From NCBI GenBank assembly GCA_002633005.1, contig NMRA01000731.1:3470-67469 (forward strand): a stretch of 64,000 nucleotides of DNA. The letters are read 5' to 3'. Positions 63,071-64,000 of this stretch are shown piece after piece. Position 1 is the stretch's first letter; each line of letters starts with the position of its first letter. The stretch is from Phoronis australis. Taxonomy: Eukaryota > Animalia > Phoronida. The notes beneath the pieces were generated by a model that was not told the origin of the DNA, made no database searches, and was given only the letters and a program-made list of their open reading frames with translations. Both the position numbers and the translations under genes were made by a program.

Positions 63071-64000
63071 TGAACCAGCATTATCATAGACCGCATACGT
63101 CTATGATTAATATATAACCTAAGCAACCGCGACCTCCACTCCATGAAATGTGGGTTATGAAAATGTCTACGGTGGAACAAAATGTGTTTAGCCGCAGCTA
63201 AACGCATCACAATTATACTTATGTACAAACGTGGCGCTACACGTTTTTATCACCGACAAGCAAATTTCCTCGCCCCGTCTCCGCATATCGTTGATCTGCC
63301 ACCAATATTATCCCAAGAGCATCTTAAAACCCTCTTTAGGTAGAATTTAACTATTTTTGCTCGTTTTGGTCTTGAAAAAAGTGCAGGCAGTTCCAAGTTT
63401 CTGTTTCACATGTTGTACAAACCTAAACATGAACAGTATACTGGGCTAACGACCTCAAAAACCTTGCACAAAGTCCAATAAAACTGATTTCAGAGTGATT
63501 TTTTCCACCTTTTACGACTATGGCTAGTGCAGCCGACCACTTAAGAAAACAAGAAAATAGACTAATTCAGCTGTGTGCAAAACCAACATTGGCATGCGAT
63601 TACTATGCACTGAGGGACAAGGCATTCAGACTGTGAAAACCGTCCTGATTATAGATATCAGATGATAGTTGGGTGCCGACAAGATATGATTTTACAAAAT
63701 ACAAAGGTATGAAGGGTATCTGAATTTCCAGATAAATTTCAATTTCCCTTTGCTAATAGCAATGTTTTAAAAAAGTCACGACTGAAAAATGGGCCAAGGG
63801 GTCAACAACTAGCATTCTTTCAATCAAAACCGACTAAGGTCAAGCAAATGTCATTCGTTGCCTTCACACGATGTACAAAACTCAATATACCCAATAAATC
63901 AAGCGGGTGACAATTTCATTAGAAATTGGGGGGAGTGAATTCGACCGTGACTAAAAAAAATATTGAGTACCACCTTACACTTTCGTTCACATACAACGCT

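Noticed and set aside
55600-64000. Short ORFs right of SPAST (e.g. 58420-58779, 60116-60370, 60621-60929)
   Set aside because: No domain motifs or consistent exon chain; region is dominated by AT-rich DNA and repeats.

Overview
AT-rich, intron-containing animal genomic DNA, probably from a marine invertebrate (species not determinable from sequence alone), with one assembly gap. I hand-spliced four protein-coding genes arranged as two tight head-to-head pairs: PNO1 (-, 7 exons, 249 aa) / KPTN (+, 11 exons, 454 aa), and an intronless orphan (-) / SPAST (+, 13 exons, 640 aa). The most interesting object is the orphan at 27571..28737. It fuses an N-terminal SOCS box (Elongin BC/Cullin-5 adaptor motif) to a catalytically dead NEK6/NEK7-like kinase fold. 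Its start codon lies 168 bp from that of spastin, and a degenerate repeat carrying STAT-type TTCnnnGAA sites lies downstream. It is a candidate pseudokinase E3-ligase substrate receptor. Other points of note: spastin has an M1/M92 dual-start layout with two uORFs (one with a TGATG stop/start overlap) and an altered pore loop 2. A Penelope-type hammerhead ribozyme with an ORF remnant is nested in a TIR element. Helentron-like repeats carry CTCF-like motifs, a Kolobok-like relic is present, and there are many MITEs. All homology calls come from motif recognition by eye; no database search was run.
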